From contig NC_037593.1 of NCBI RefSeq assembly GCF_003073045.1, positions 29,457,367 through 29,521,366 of the forward strand: 64,000 nucleotides of DNA, read 5' to 3'. The position numbers and the translations under genes were made by a program. This DNA is from Pomacea canaliculata. Its lineage: Eukaryota. Every line of letters starts with the position of its first letter. Positions within the stretch are counted from its first letter, which is position 1. The notes beneath the pieces are model-generated. The model was not told the DNA's origin. It saw only the letters and a program-made list of their open reading frames with translations, and did not search any database. Positions 1-10,540 of the stretch are shown in pieces.

Positions 1-809
1 TTAAAGAACATACATTAAAACACAACTCACGTGATCATTCTTCACAGTGCAATGAACAGTGCGAAATTTCAAGTAGGTGATTGAATGCATGTAAAGCGAC
101 TTGTCATGTAAAATTAATGAAGATTTGCTTTTTAGAACAAATAAATGCTAGATGTGGTGAGTTTGTGATTTTCTTTTCTTTTTTTTTTTTAAAGGACGTT
201 TTATATTTGTGACAAACTAAAATCCTGGGCAGAAACTAAATGGGAAAAGATAGTTTGAAACCGAGGTATCAGCTGATCAAAAGAAAAGCTAGACTGAGAT
301 ATGTGTTAACAACGGGGGCAACAGATGGCACTAGTGGACACATTGCCGTGTGATGTCAGACCTACCCTTTGAAACATCATATTGTGTTTATATAGAATGC
401 ATAAAACTTTGAGCATGTCAAACATCGAAAACATTGTGATTCAACGAACCTATCACTTTATAATTAAAGATCTTGTGGCAACTATCAATTCGTTTGTAAT
501 CATTGTGTCAATGTGTAAAGCGGTGTTAGCTTCCGTTATTCACGTGCCGCTAACACAGTGTAAGGTCGTCCTCACACACAGATTTCCACTGCACGACACA
601 GAAATATTCACTTCAATGTCTCACCGCTGAATCCACCGTCCGTTATATGCAAGAGGACAATGTGTCGGAGGTCCGTCACCTCGAGTTGCTCGTCTCTGAC
701 TGTCCTGGAAAACGTTAGTTCGCCTAACTTATTTTCCCCTTCGCCAATGAAGCACCAAGCTACCGGGTAACTAGGTCAGTTGGAAAATTTTGCTTCTTGT
801 CTGTGCATG

Positions 810-2300
810 TCACTAGCGGAATGGTAATTATGGACAAATTTGGGATGTTAAAATTATTCCAGCAAACTTCTTGATGCTGGTGTAGCAGGCTGGTCAAGTG
901 TATCAATATGGCATCCTTCTCTTAGCAAATCACAGGCATTCAAGATTTGCCGCAGTTGTGGGTTGAGGCTGATAAAAGTGGACTAACTAAACAGGTCTAA
1001 TCAGGGCGGGAAAGTCTAGTCCTGTTTCTGCCTTAAGACGATGCAGTGAAGGGAACTCCCTAATTATTATATGCGCGAGCCCACTCGAAGACGCACGCGC
1101 ACACACACACACAGGTCGGAGTAATACAGAATGACAAGTCTGTTTCTCCAAACTACATGGTTTCAAAAGTATTTTGTGGTGTAAAGCAATCAGAGACTGT
1201 ACACAACCAGACGATCACGATGAATTCAATGAAATGCTGGTGGGTTTGTGTAGTTTTCACTCAACACTAGGTTTGAATACAAACAAAAGAAGTATTTATT
1301 TTGACAACACAGACTTTATTGTATTATGTGCTGCTACTAAACGTACAGAATAACTACTAGGAATATGTATCTAGTACAAGCCAATGAAGTTATATACTGC
1401 TCTAATCAGATAAATGATTAATTTACTTTACACACTACTGCATCTGATCTTTAGGCAGCAGGCCTGGGACCTCACTGAGAATTTCATCTTGATTTATAAA
1501 CTACATGAATAGGAAACAGCTTATTTCCTTATAACAGTTGTTATTAATGATTTCAGGATCTCATAAAATAGAACTATTGGCTCTTTGATCATCAACGTCT
1601 CCCATTCTCTCTGTTATCTATCTTACGAAGCATTCAGTACGGTGTTCCTTGTATCCATTTATTTTCCAGTTGATTATTAAACACTTTTCTCTCCTACAAA
1701 AATCTAGTACAAATCGATGATGTTTCGGGTAAATCTTTAAACGAGTATCAGACAAAATCTGACAAAAACTACTTTTCATTTCCTGCAGTAAACAGCTAAG
1801 ACGGTAAACTAATTGGTTTGTCATGCTTCAGCTGAGGAGCTAGGTCTTTACGTCCAGAATGAGTTGATAGTCTTCAAACAGTGTTCAGTATGTCAGTCAT
1901 AAGCAAATCACAGAGACAGGAGAATGGACTGGCTAACGACAACCACAATATGCACACAATATAGACTTATTTAAAATAGGAAGTGCACACATTGTCTTTC
2001 ATTTGATTTCACATGCGGGACCTGTAACAATCATATTACACACAGTCACAAAGAAAAGTCTTGACTTGCCTAACACTACAAGACACTCATTGTAGCACAC
2101 AGCACAAAAATTCAGTTCACAATATTGCTGTCAGATGTGTATAACTGACAATTAGTGAAACTAATAATATAACACACTCTTTAGCACTACACAGTCTATA
2201 TCATGTAATTTTTTAAACTAGCCACAGGTCTTTCCGAAACTCTTCATCAGTAGCTATGTTTGACTACACCAAACAGCTTAACTTCTCCGTTTCATTATTG
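810..2300. repeat. Segmental duplication copy A (paralogous to 11830-13290 and 21290-22450): 3' flank of the antistasin genes
   Basis: Long near-identical alignment. Relative to copy B, copy A has deleted the ~900 bp (B 13290-14190) that carries 2-3 exons. Confidence 0.7.
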
Positions 2301-2707
2301 AACCATATATAATTATAAATATAGTTCCATACCTCGCATTTAGTTGTATACCACAACTTATTTCGCTTTTAGTATGGTAGTTATATATACAGATTACATT
2401 TCAACAAATTTATGTTTGCAAGTGTCGGCTTCTTCCTAATTCTATAGATTCATGATTTATTGCGCACCTGTTATGTATAAATTCTAACATATACAAATAC
2501 TTATTCTAAAATCAGTTCGCTGAGTGTTATTCAAGACAAAATTCTTTCACACCTCTTCCCCACATACCCTATCAACTGTTAGTATTCATATTACAAATTC
2601 TTCCACACAAACTTTCAACATTCCTAAAAAATAGAAATATTATAGATTCATATGAAATCTTCATCTGTATACATTAGTAGGAGAAATTGCAGCAAAAGTA
2701 AACTCAC

Positions 2708-2797
2708 TTTTATTACAGGTACAAGTCTGGCAGCCGACTTCATAGACGTAGCCGTAAGGACATGCAGCACAATGCGCAATAGAGGGGCAAGGAGGTT
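2708..2797 (-). CDS. Gene A antistasin-domain exon (most 3' array unit)
   Basis: rc encodes PPCPSIAHCAACPYGYVYEVGCQTCTCNK; donor GTGAGT; 90 nt. Confidence 0.6.
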
Positions 2798-3048
2798 CTA
2801 AAAAAACAGTTTCATATTTCAATTAATCAGAAGTGAAACGACGGCAACAATACATTGCTAATTGTTAACTAAATAGCAAACATACCCTATCATCTGTTAG
2901 TATTCACGGCTTTATATTTATTTATTTGCTTTCGACAAATTCTTCCACACAATCTTTCCACTTTCTTGAAATAAGAAATATTATAGGTTCATATGAAATA
3001 TTCAGCTCTATACATTAGTAGGAAAAATTGCATCAAAAGTAAACGTAC

Positions 3049-3135
3049 TTGGTTTACAATTACAAGTCTGGCAGCCGTCTTCATAGAGGTAGCCGTAAGG
3101 ACACGCAGGGCATTGCACATTAGGGCAAGGAGGTT
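3049..3135 (-). CDS. Gene A antistasin-domain exon
   Basis: rc encodes PPCPNVQCPACPYGYLYEDGCQTCNCKP; donor GTACGT; 87 nt. Confidence 0.65.
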
Positions 3136-3394
3136 CTAAAAAATACAGCTTATTTCTCATTTATTCAGAAGTGATACAACGACAACAATGCATTTCTAAT
3201 ATCAAAATTGTAAAAATATTTTAAAACGTACCCTATACACTGTTTGTATTCACGGATTCATATTTGTTTTTGTGACTTTTACAAATTCTTCTACACAAAC
3301 TTTCCACTTTCTTGAAATAAGAAATATTTTAAGTTCATATGAAATCTTCAGCTGTAAGTATTAGTAAGAGAAATTGTAGCAAAAGTAAACGTAC

Positions 3395-3481
3395 TTGGTT
3401 TACAGTTACAAGTCTGGCAGCCGTCTTCATAGATGTAGCCGTAAGGACACGCAGGGCATTGCACATTAGGGCAAGGAGGTT
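3395..3481 (-). CDS. Gene A antistasin-domain exon
   Basis: rc encodes PPCPNVQCPACPYGYIYEDGCQTCNCKP; donor GTACGT; 87 nt. Confidence 0.65.
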
Positions 3482-3726
3482 CTGAACAGATAGTTTCATA
3501 TTTCGGTTATAATCAGATATCAAATCATGGCTAACTAAATAGTGGAAAAAATTTTTAAACATACCATATCAACTGTTAGTACTCACGGCTTCAAATTCTT
3601 CATTTGCTTTCGACAAATTCTTCCACACAAGCTTTCCACATTCTTGAAAAAAGAAATACTTTAGGTTCATATGAAATCGTCAGCTGTATACACTAGTAGG
3701 AAAAATTGCAGCAAAAGTAAATGTAC

Positions 3727-3813
3727 TTGGTTTACAGTTACAAGTCTGGCAGCCGTCTTCATAGAGGTAGCCGTAAGGACATGCAGGACATCGCACATTA
3801 GGGCAAGGAGGTT
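3727..3813 (-). CDS. Gene A antistasin-domain exon
   Basis: rc encodes PPCPNVRCPACPYGYLYEDGCQTCNCKP; donor GTACAT; 87 nt. Confidence 0.65.
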
Positions 3814-4988
3814 CTAAAAAAAAACAGCTTATTTCTCAGTTAATCAGAAGTGATACAACGACAACAATGCATTGCTAATAGTTAGCAAAACTGGGAAAAT
3901 ATTTTTAAACATGCCCTATGCACTGTTAGTATTCATTCATTTATAATTGTTTATTTGCTTTCGACAAAGTCTTCCACACAAGCTTTCCACATTCTTAAAA
4001 AAAAGAAATACTTTATGTCACCTGCACTCTACAGTGCCTTTCAGACGAGGAAGATAAAAATCACCGACAACAATTTAAATTTTAAAATAAATATAATTGG
4101 AAGTAAAAACCAAACACAAAACAAGTCCAAATTGTCCAGCTCACAGTCCGAACACAAGTTTCTTCTAATGTCTCAAAATATCCGATATTCCTGCCGACAA
4201 TACTGTTCCCAACAAAGTATCTACTTTAAAACAACACAGAATCTACACTTGAAAGTAGCACGAAGTATCCACTTGAATATAACATAAAATTTTCTCTGGC
4301 ACCGACGCCCTTCCTGAAAATGTTAATTCAACGCTGGTCGGCGAACTCCCCGGCGGATACGATGAATAAGCGAAGAACAAACAACAAAAGTGAAAGAAAA
4401 AAACCCCCACAAAATCCTCAGCATGTTCAATGTTACGCTACTATACAAATCTGGTAAGGATTTGCACAGTCCAGTCAGGACTAACTTCCAAGTCTGTTCA
4501 GGACTTGTTAAATAACATGAAAATCTGATTAAGATTTGTACCCAGTCCAGTCAGGACTACAACACCAAGTCGGTTAAAGACTTGTTGCAAACAAAACGTC
4601 CGCTCCGGACGCACTGATGACACCGAGGAGACTGTTACTTCTCCCCGCTCCCGTCAAGGAAAAACTCATTCACACAATAAACATCCAAAACATCACAACA
4701 CTCTTTCCTTTGTTCTTCGAACAAAAACAACCTATCAACACCAACTGATTAAAAAGACCGGCCGGCCATCCCTGCACGGCGCGGGAAGCCTCAGACTGTT
4801 GCCCTGACAGCCGCAGTCATTGCTGTCTTTACCACCTCCCCCTTCCAGTTACTTTTCCCTGTCCCCTTTTAGGCTTAAAAAAATATTTAAAAATATATAT
4901 AGCGCAGCAGGTTTGTGACACTTTAGGTTCATATGAAGTCTTCATCTGTATACATTAGTAGGAGAAATTGCAGCAAAGGTAAACGTAC

Positions 4989-5078
4989 TTGGTTTACAGA
5001 TACAAGTCTGGCAGCCGTCTTCATAGACGTAGCCGTAAGGACACCATGGGCATTGTGCAATAGACGGGCAAGGAGGCT
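4989..5078 (-). CDS. Gene A antistasin-domain exon
   Basis: rc encodes PPCPSIAQCPWCPYGYVYEDGCQTCICKP; donor GTACGT; 90 nt. Confidence 0.65.
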
Positions 5079-5347
5079 CTAAAACAAAAGTTTCATATCT
5101 CGATTAATCAGAAGTAAAACAACGGCAACAATACATTGCTAATGGTGAACTCAATAAAAAAAAAACACATATTTTAAAAAATACCCTACCAACTATTAGT
5201 ATTCACTAATTCATATTTGTTTATTTGCTTTAAGAAAATTTTTCCTCACAATCTTTCCACATTCTTGAAATAAGAAATATTATAGGTTCATATGAAATCT
5301 TCAGCTGTCAATATTAGTAAGAGAAATTGCAGCAAAAGTAAACTCAC

Positions 5348-5434
5348 TTGGTTTACAGATACAAGTCTGGCAGCCGTCTTTATAGATGTAGCCGTAAGGA
5401 CACGCAAGGCATCGCACATTAGGGCAAGGAGGTT
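5348..5434 (-). CDS. Gene A antistasin-domain exon
   Basis: rc encodes PPCPNVRCLACPYGYIYKDGCQTCICKP; donor GTGAGT; 87 nt. Confidence 0.65.
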
Positions 5435-5698
5435 CTAAAAAACAGTTTATTTCTCAGTTAATCAGAAGTGAAACGACGGCAACAATGCATTGCTAATAGT
5501 TAGCTAAATAGTGAAAATATTTTAAAACATACCCTGTCATCTGTTAGTATTCACGGCTTAAAAATTCTTTTATTTGCTTTCGACAAATTCTTCCACACGA
5601 GCTTTCCACATTCTTGAAAAAAAAGAAATACTTTAGGTTCATATGAAATCTTCAGCTGTATACATTAGTAGGAGTAATTGCAGCAAAAGTAAACGTAC

Positions 5699-5788
5699 TT
5701 GGTTTACAGATACAAGTCTGGCAGCCGTCTTCATAGATGTAGCCGTAAGGACATGCAGCACAAAGCGCAATAGAAGGGCAAGGAGGCT
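5699..5788 (-). CDS. Gene A antistasin-domain exon
   Basis: rc encodes PPCPSIALCAACPYGYIYEDGCQTCICKP; donor GTACGT; 90 nt. Confidence 0.65.
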
Positions 5789-6049
5789 CTAAAAAAACAG
5801 TTTCATATCTATTAATCAGAAGTGAAGCGACAGCAACAATACATTGCTAATGGTTAACTGAATTGTGAAAATATTTTAAAACATACCCTGTCATTTGTTA
5901 GTACTCAAGTCTTCAAATTCTTTATTTGCTTTCGACAAATTCTTCCATGCCATCTCTCCACTTTCTTTGAAATAAGAAATATTTTGGGTTCATAAGAAAT
6001 CTTCAGCTGTCAATATTAGTAAGAGAAATTGCAGCAAAAGTAAACTCAC

Positions 6050-6136
6050 TTGGTTTACACATACAAGTCTGGCAGCCGTCTTCATAGATGTAGCCGTAAG
6101 AACACGCAGGGCATCGCACATTAGGGCAAGGAGGTT
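6050..6136 (-). CDS. Gene A antistasin-domain exon
   Basis: rc encodes PPCPNVRCPACSYGYIYEDGCQTCMCKP; donor GTGAGT; 87 nt, phase 1-1. Confidence 0.65.
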
Positions 6137-6400
6137 CTAACAAAAACCATCTTATTTCTCAGTTAATCAGAAGTGATACGACGACAACAATGCAATGCTA
6201 ATAGTTAGTTAAATAGTGGAAATATTTTAAAACATACCCTGTCATCTGTTAGTACTCAAGTCTTCATATTTGTTTATTTGCTTTCAACAAATTCTTCCAC
6301 ACAAGCGTTCCACATTCTTGAAAAAGGAAATACTTTAGGTTCATGTGAAATATTCAGCTGTATACCATAGTAGGAGAAATTGCAGCAAAAGTAAACGTAC

Positions 6401-6490
6401 TTGGTTTACAGATACAAGTCTGGCAGCCGTCTTCATAGATGTAGCCGTAAGGACATGCAGCACAATACGCAACAGAGGGGCAAGGAGGTT
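6401..6490 (-). CDS. Gene A antistasin-domain exon
   Basis: Member of the tandem exon array; rc encodes ..CPSVAYCAACPYGYIYEDGCQTCICKP; GT-AG flanked; 90 nt. Confidence 0.65.
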
Positions 6491-6750
6491 CTGAAAACAG
6501 TTTATTTCTCAGTTAATCAGAAGTGAAACGACGGCAACAATACATTGGTAATGGTTAACTCAATTAAAAAATTATTTTAAAACATACCTTATCATCTGTT
6601 AGTACTCACGGCTTTAAATTGTTTATTTGCTTTCGACAAATTCTTCCATGCCATCTCTCCACTTTCTTTGAAATAAGAAATATTTTAGGCTCATATGAAA
6701 TCTTCAGCTGTATACATTAGTAGGAGAAAATGCAGCAAAAGTAAACGTAC

Positions 6751-6840
6751 TTGGTTTACAGATACAAGTCTGGCAGTCGTCTTCATCGACGTAGCCGTAA
6801 GGACACCATGGGCATTGCGCAATAGAGGGGCAAGGAGAAT
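6751..6840 (-). CDS. Gene A antistasin-domain exon (SPCPSIAQCPWCPYGYVDEDDCQTCICKP); the conserved Gly is replaced by Asp
   Basis: rc translation gives the 6-Cys antistasin pattern; acceptor AG and donor GTACGT; 90 nt, phase 1-1. Confidence 0.6.
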
Positions 6841-7430
6841 CTTAAAAAAACAACAACAACCAAAAAAAAAAAAAAAACAGCTTCATATCTCGATTAATCA
6901 GAAGTGAAACGACGGCAACAATATATTGCTAATGGATAACTAAATTGTGAAAATATTTTAAAACTACGCTGTGACAGTGAATTATTATAGATTGTAGGGA
7001 ATGTGTCAATTGTGAAGTACATTATGTGTTAATACTAGCAACTTTTTTGTGTACAGAAAAAAGAACTAATAGTGAATGTGTACCATGTGTGAGTCTAAAT
7101 ATAGACCCTTCGTTCTGTACATAAAGGTTATAAAAAAAATGCTAAAGACTTTCTTGTTTGGGTTTTTTCGTCTTTTTATTTGTTGTTGTTTTTTTGTTTT
7201 TTTTTGTTTTGTTTTTTTTTTTTTTTTTTTTGGGGGGGGTTGGTCTTTTTTGTATTGAAAGTGCATAAAGCATTGTTCAAGAAGTCACACTAACTCTGTT
7301 TACTTACGATTTGCCTAGTGCACGTCTTCTCCGTCTATGTCTATGAGTATTCAGCTGACAACTACACCAACAAGTCAATACACAACTTTTACAAATTGTT
7401 CGACGCCTTCTTCACACCAGCAAGCCTTAC

Positions 7431-7497
7431 CTGCTTCTGCTTTGCCGACCACCAAGACCACAAACACAAGTAAAGCTGACACCATCCCACTTGCCAT
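7431..7497 (-). CDS. Antistasin-like gene A, exon 1: signal peptide MASGMVSALLVFVVLVVGKAEA, phase-1 end
   Basis: ATG at rc 7497, hydrophobic core, donor GTAAGG (rc of ccttac 7425-7430). The same exon recurs at 15483-15549, 17446-17512 and 25893-25959. Confidence 0.7.
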
Positions 7498-10469
7498 TTC
7501 TACCCGTTACTTGGTTACTTGGTGAGAAAATGATTCACTAGTAGCTCTTACTCAGAAATTGAGAAGGAAGGAATAAACAATTTACTACTTTCAGTTGCTC
7601 TCTTCGTGGTGTCGTCTGCTCGCAACACATTTTATAGATTCCGCCATATTTACATCCTTTACAATTATGGTCCAATCCCAGGCGGCGTAACGAAGAACTG
7701 TATTTTGATTGGTGGATATATTTGGATGCTGACCTCCCAAACGATTGACCTCATGGCAGGTATATTTTCTCCGGATCTATTAACTGACCGACAGATGCCG
7801 CCCATCTCCACCTCCCTAATGAACTCGGAGTCGTCTATCAATATTTTTCGCTATAGAGAGTTTTGACCTTATAAAAACAAGAAAAAGTATTTCAAAATGT
7901 CAGCACAGTGACTGCACAGTAACATTTGAGGTTATTAATTATGATATTTTTTGTGAGACGCGTTGAGCTAGCTTTTGATGGTGGGAATAGCGCCATGTAA
8001 ATTAATTTTATTATTATTGCACACATAGAAATATATGCACAATCGCATATACACAGACATCCGTATGTGTTTTAAATCTCTCATTATCTCTCTGGAGACA
8101 AAGATCTATGAAAGATTGTGACTGTTTCTATAGCGACAACGACATACCAAGCATGGGAAAGTATTTCGGACGTGAATAACTGTCAACATGTGGTTCTCTC
8201 CTGTTTGTGTCCTCTAGACATCAGACTATGACGTCAGGTGACTGGACGAGACGAGCTAAGGTGAGTGGACAGACCAGTTGTGGGATGGAACTGTCACTGT
8301 GCCCCTTAGGATGGATTAAAAAGATGGCAGCTACTGTTACTTACTGAATTGTTTCTACTTGCTTAGTAAACTTAATTACTGTATGGTGTCTGTAATATGT
8401 GTGACACATCAGGTTAGTCAAAACATATCGGCGACCAACAAATAAAGATACACCTGATATTAACCTCACGATTTCAAAGTAGGTATATTTGTAGTAACAT
8501 TTGCAAGTTGGCAGCCGTTTTCAGAAAGGAACGGTTGGGTCCACTATGGGTATGACCAGAAATTTTTTCTTTAGATATATAAAATATGAAATGCTACAGA
8601 AATGGTATTAAGGAAAAAATGCTTTTAAATGTTAAAATTATATACAATAGTGTGGAGACTAGAGTGAAAGCTGTTGCAGACTTGTCTGATTACATTGAAT
8701 GCTTTCCCCTACTTCCCTGTGGTCTCAACAAGGTGGGTTTGTAGCCCTGTGCTTCCCTTTGTTTAGAAATGATCCAACAAAGGACAATAAATGAGTATGA
8801 TATTCAACTGACCTTTCACCTTATTGGGCCGTTTATTTTACTTTTTGTCAATGTTTCCTTATTTAATACTATTATTGCTACATCAACAAGAAAAGATGTT
8901 ATCATTTTATTCTGGATCTGTATAAATATTGTTTTTGTGTAGTGTGGGAATGTCAAATCCTGAAACAGATTATTTTGCCACCATTTGGTGTGATTTGATA
9001 TTATGATAATTTGGCATAAACTTTACTGTGCCATATCTCCTTAAGTCCCAGTACATCTGAAACTGAACAACACTTTCTCTTTGTATGCCCAGTAAATACT
9101 GACCATTATAAATATTTTATATCTAACAATATTTTATTCACCCTACCATCTCTCATTTCACACTTTAGATGTCGGATACCAGAATTATACTTAAATGATG
9201 TATCGCCTCTTTTCCTTAAAAAGCATTAAAAATAAATAAAAGCTTTAGTATACATTTAGGATACCCGTGTTTCATATATAAATTATATAGCTTTCATAGG
9301 TGGATTATATTTAATTTACGGTTTGGATGTTGTCCAGAGACGTTCATGCTTACATACACACACACCCATCTACACTTCCTTGAATATCCTTCCACACTTT
9401 CCGAAACTTCCAAACAGTAGGTGCTGGCTAGGCTGACACACCTGACTGCAACAATACACTTTAGTGTCCCAGAACCGCAGGTGCTGACTCGGCAGAAACA
9501 CCCGGCTGGTGACGATACAACTTCTGGACAACATCCGAACAGTAAATTAAATTTTGTTGAACTATTGGAGAAACATTTGAATAATAACAAGGAGCGTCAG
9601 GGAGGGTTTAGTCATTCATGACATTAATATGAAATTTGGGACAATAATCATGTTTATTTATTGATGGTTGAGTTATGTAAGAGTTATCACCCTCTCCATT
9701 CTAATCTTTGTACTCTGTTGTACGAAAGAACATGGGACGGAGTGTGTTGACAGTGACCTTTGTGTGTAGACCCATCCCCAACAGAAAGTGTCACACCTGT
9801 AGCTATGACTCAGAAACATTCAATCTTACGACGCTGAGGACAAGAAAAGGATCAATAGTTAATTACTTTTCAGACAAGTCTCTATGAGGTCCTCTGCTTG
9901 TAAAGCTCGGCTTTAATTACATAGGTAGGTAGGTATGGTTCAATCCCATTCTGCGTGACATAGAACTGTAATTTGATTAATGTATATCTGTGTCTGCATC
10001 AAGCTTTTGCACGTGTACTTTCCCGCATCTGTTAATCAGCCTTCCCCTCCAGCTCACACTTGATCGTTTATAAATTCTTTCGCGGTAGAGAGCGTTGCAG
10101 GTAACAGACGGAGGAACTTTTACAACAGCGGACAGAAGAATGGTTTGGTGTCATTTACGGGCTCGGCTCTGCCTTTAAGCAAGCGAGGCAGAAAAGCTTT
10201 TAACTGCTCGCACTTCGACAAGACCTCGAGAGTTTCTCAGTTGGGCAGGAAAACGTCCAGCGCCATCTGCAGTGCCGCAACTCGTGTCCGGTGTCTGTGC
10301 TAACCCACTGGGAGAGAGAGAGGGAAAAGTGGAGGCCTACCCAAATCTTTCCTAGTGAATTTGCAGATTATTTTAAGCCACGACGAAGGTATTATCTTAT
10401 GTTACAAAAACTGATAAAAGTGATCGAATCTTAATTAGGATACAGACACAAATCTTGCAGCAATCGTCA

Positions 10470-10540
10470 TCTCTGTCCACATGCGCACCTGATGGTCGGC
10501 AGGTATACAGAGTAGAGACAAAGATCATTACATCTTGTAT
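10470..10540 (-). pseudogene. Decayed antistasin-like exon relic (..CRPSGAHVDRDDDCCKICVC)
   Basis: The C-terminal half of the motif is recognisable but the frame and the Gly are lost; sits in a 3-copy repeat (10380-10690, 18800-19130, 24216-24400 inverted). Confidence 0.4.

Larger units (their letters stand above)
2640..6960. repeat. Tandem array of ~340-355 bp units, 10 copies plus an interrupting unique insert at ~4020-4900. Each unit is one antistasin exon plus its intron.
   Basis: Direct self-similarity with period ~350 bp; exons and intron sequence are both conserved between units. Confidence 0.85.

Noticed and set aside
6695-6907. Plus-strand ORFs overlapping the exon array (e.g. 6695-6907, 3955-4287, 7076-7258, 7337-7525, 7606-7866, 15610-16206)
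   Set aside because: They are reverse-strand shadows or low-complexity read-through of the minus-strand antistasin exons, introns and promoter. There is no domain signal, and 15610-16206 runs through a CA-rich microsatellite.
2640-6960. Regular ~350-bp direct repeats as a CRISPR array
   Set aside because: The units are exon+intron cassettes with splice sites and ~95% unit-to-unit identity across the whole period (no variable spacers), in eukaryotic context.
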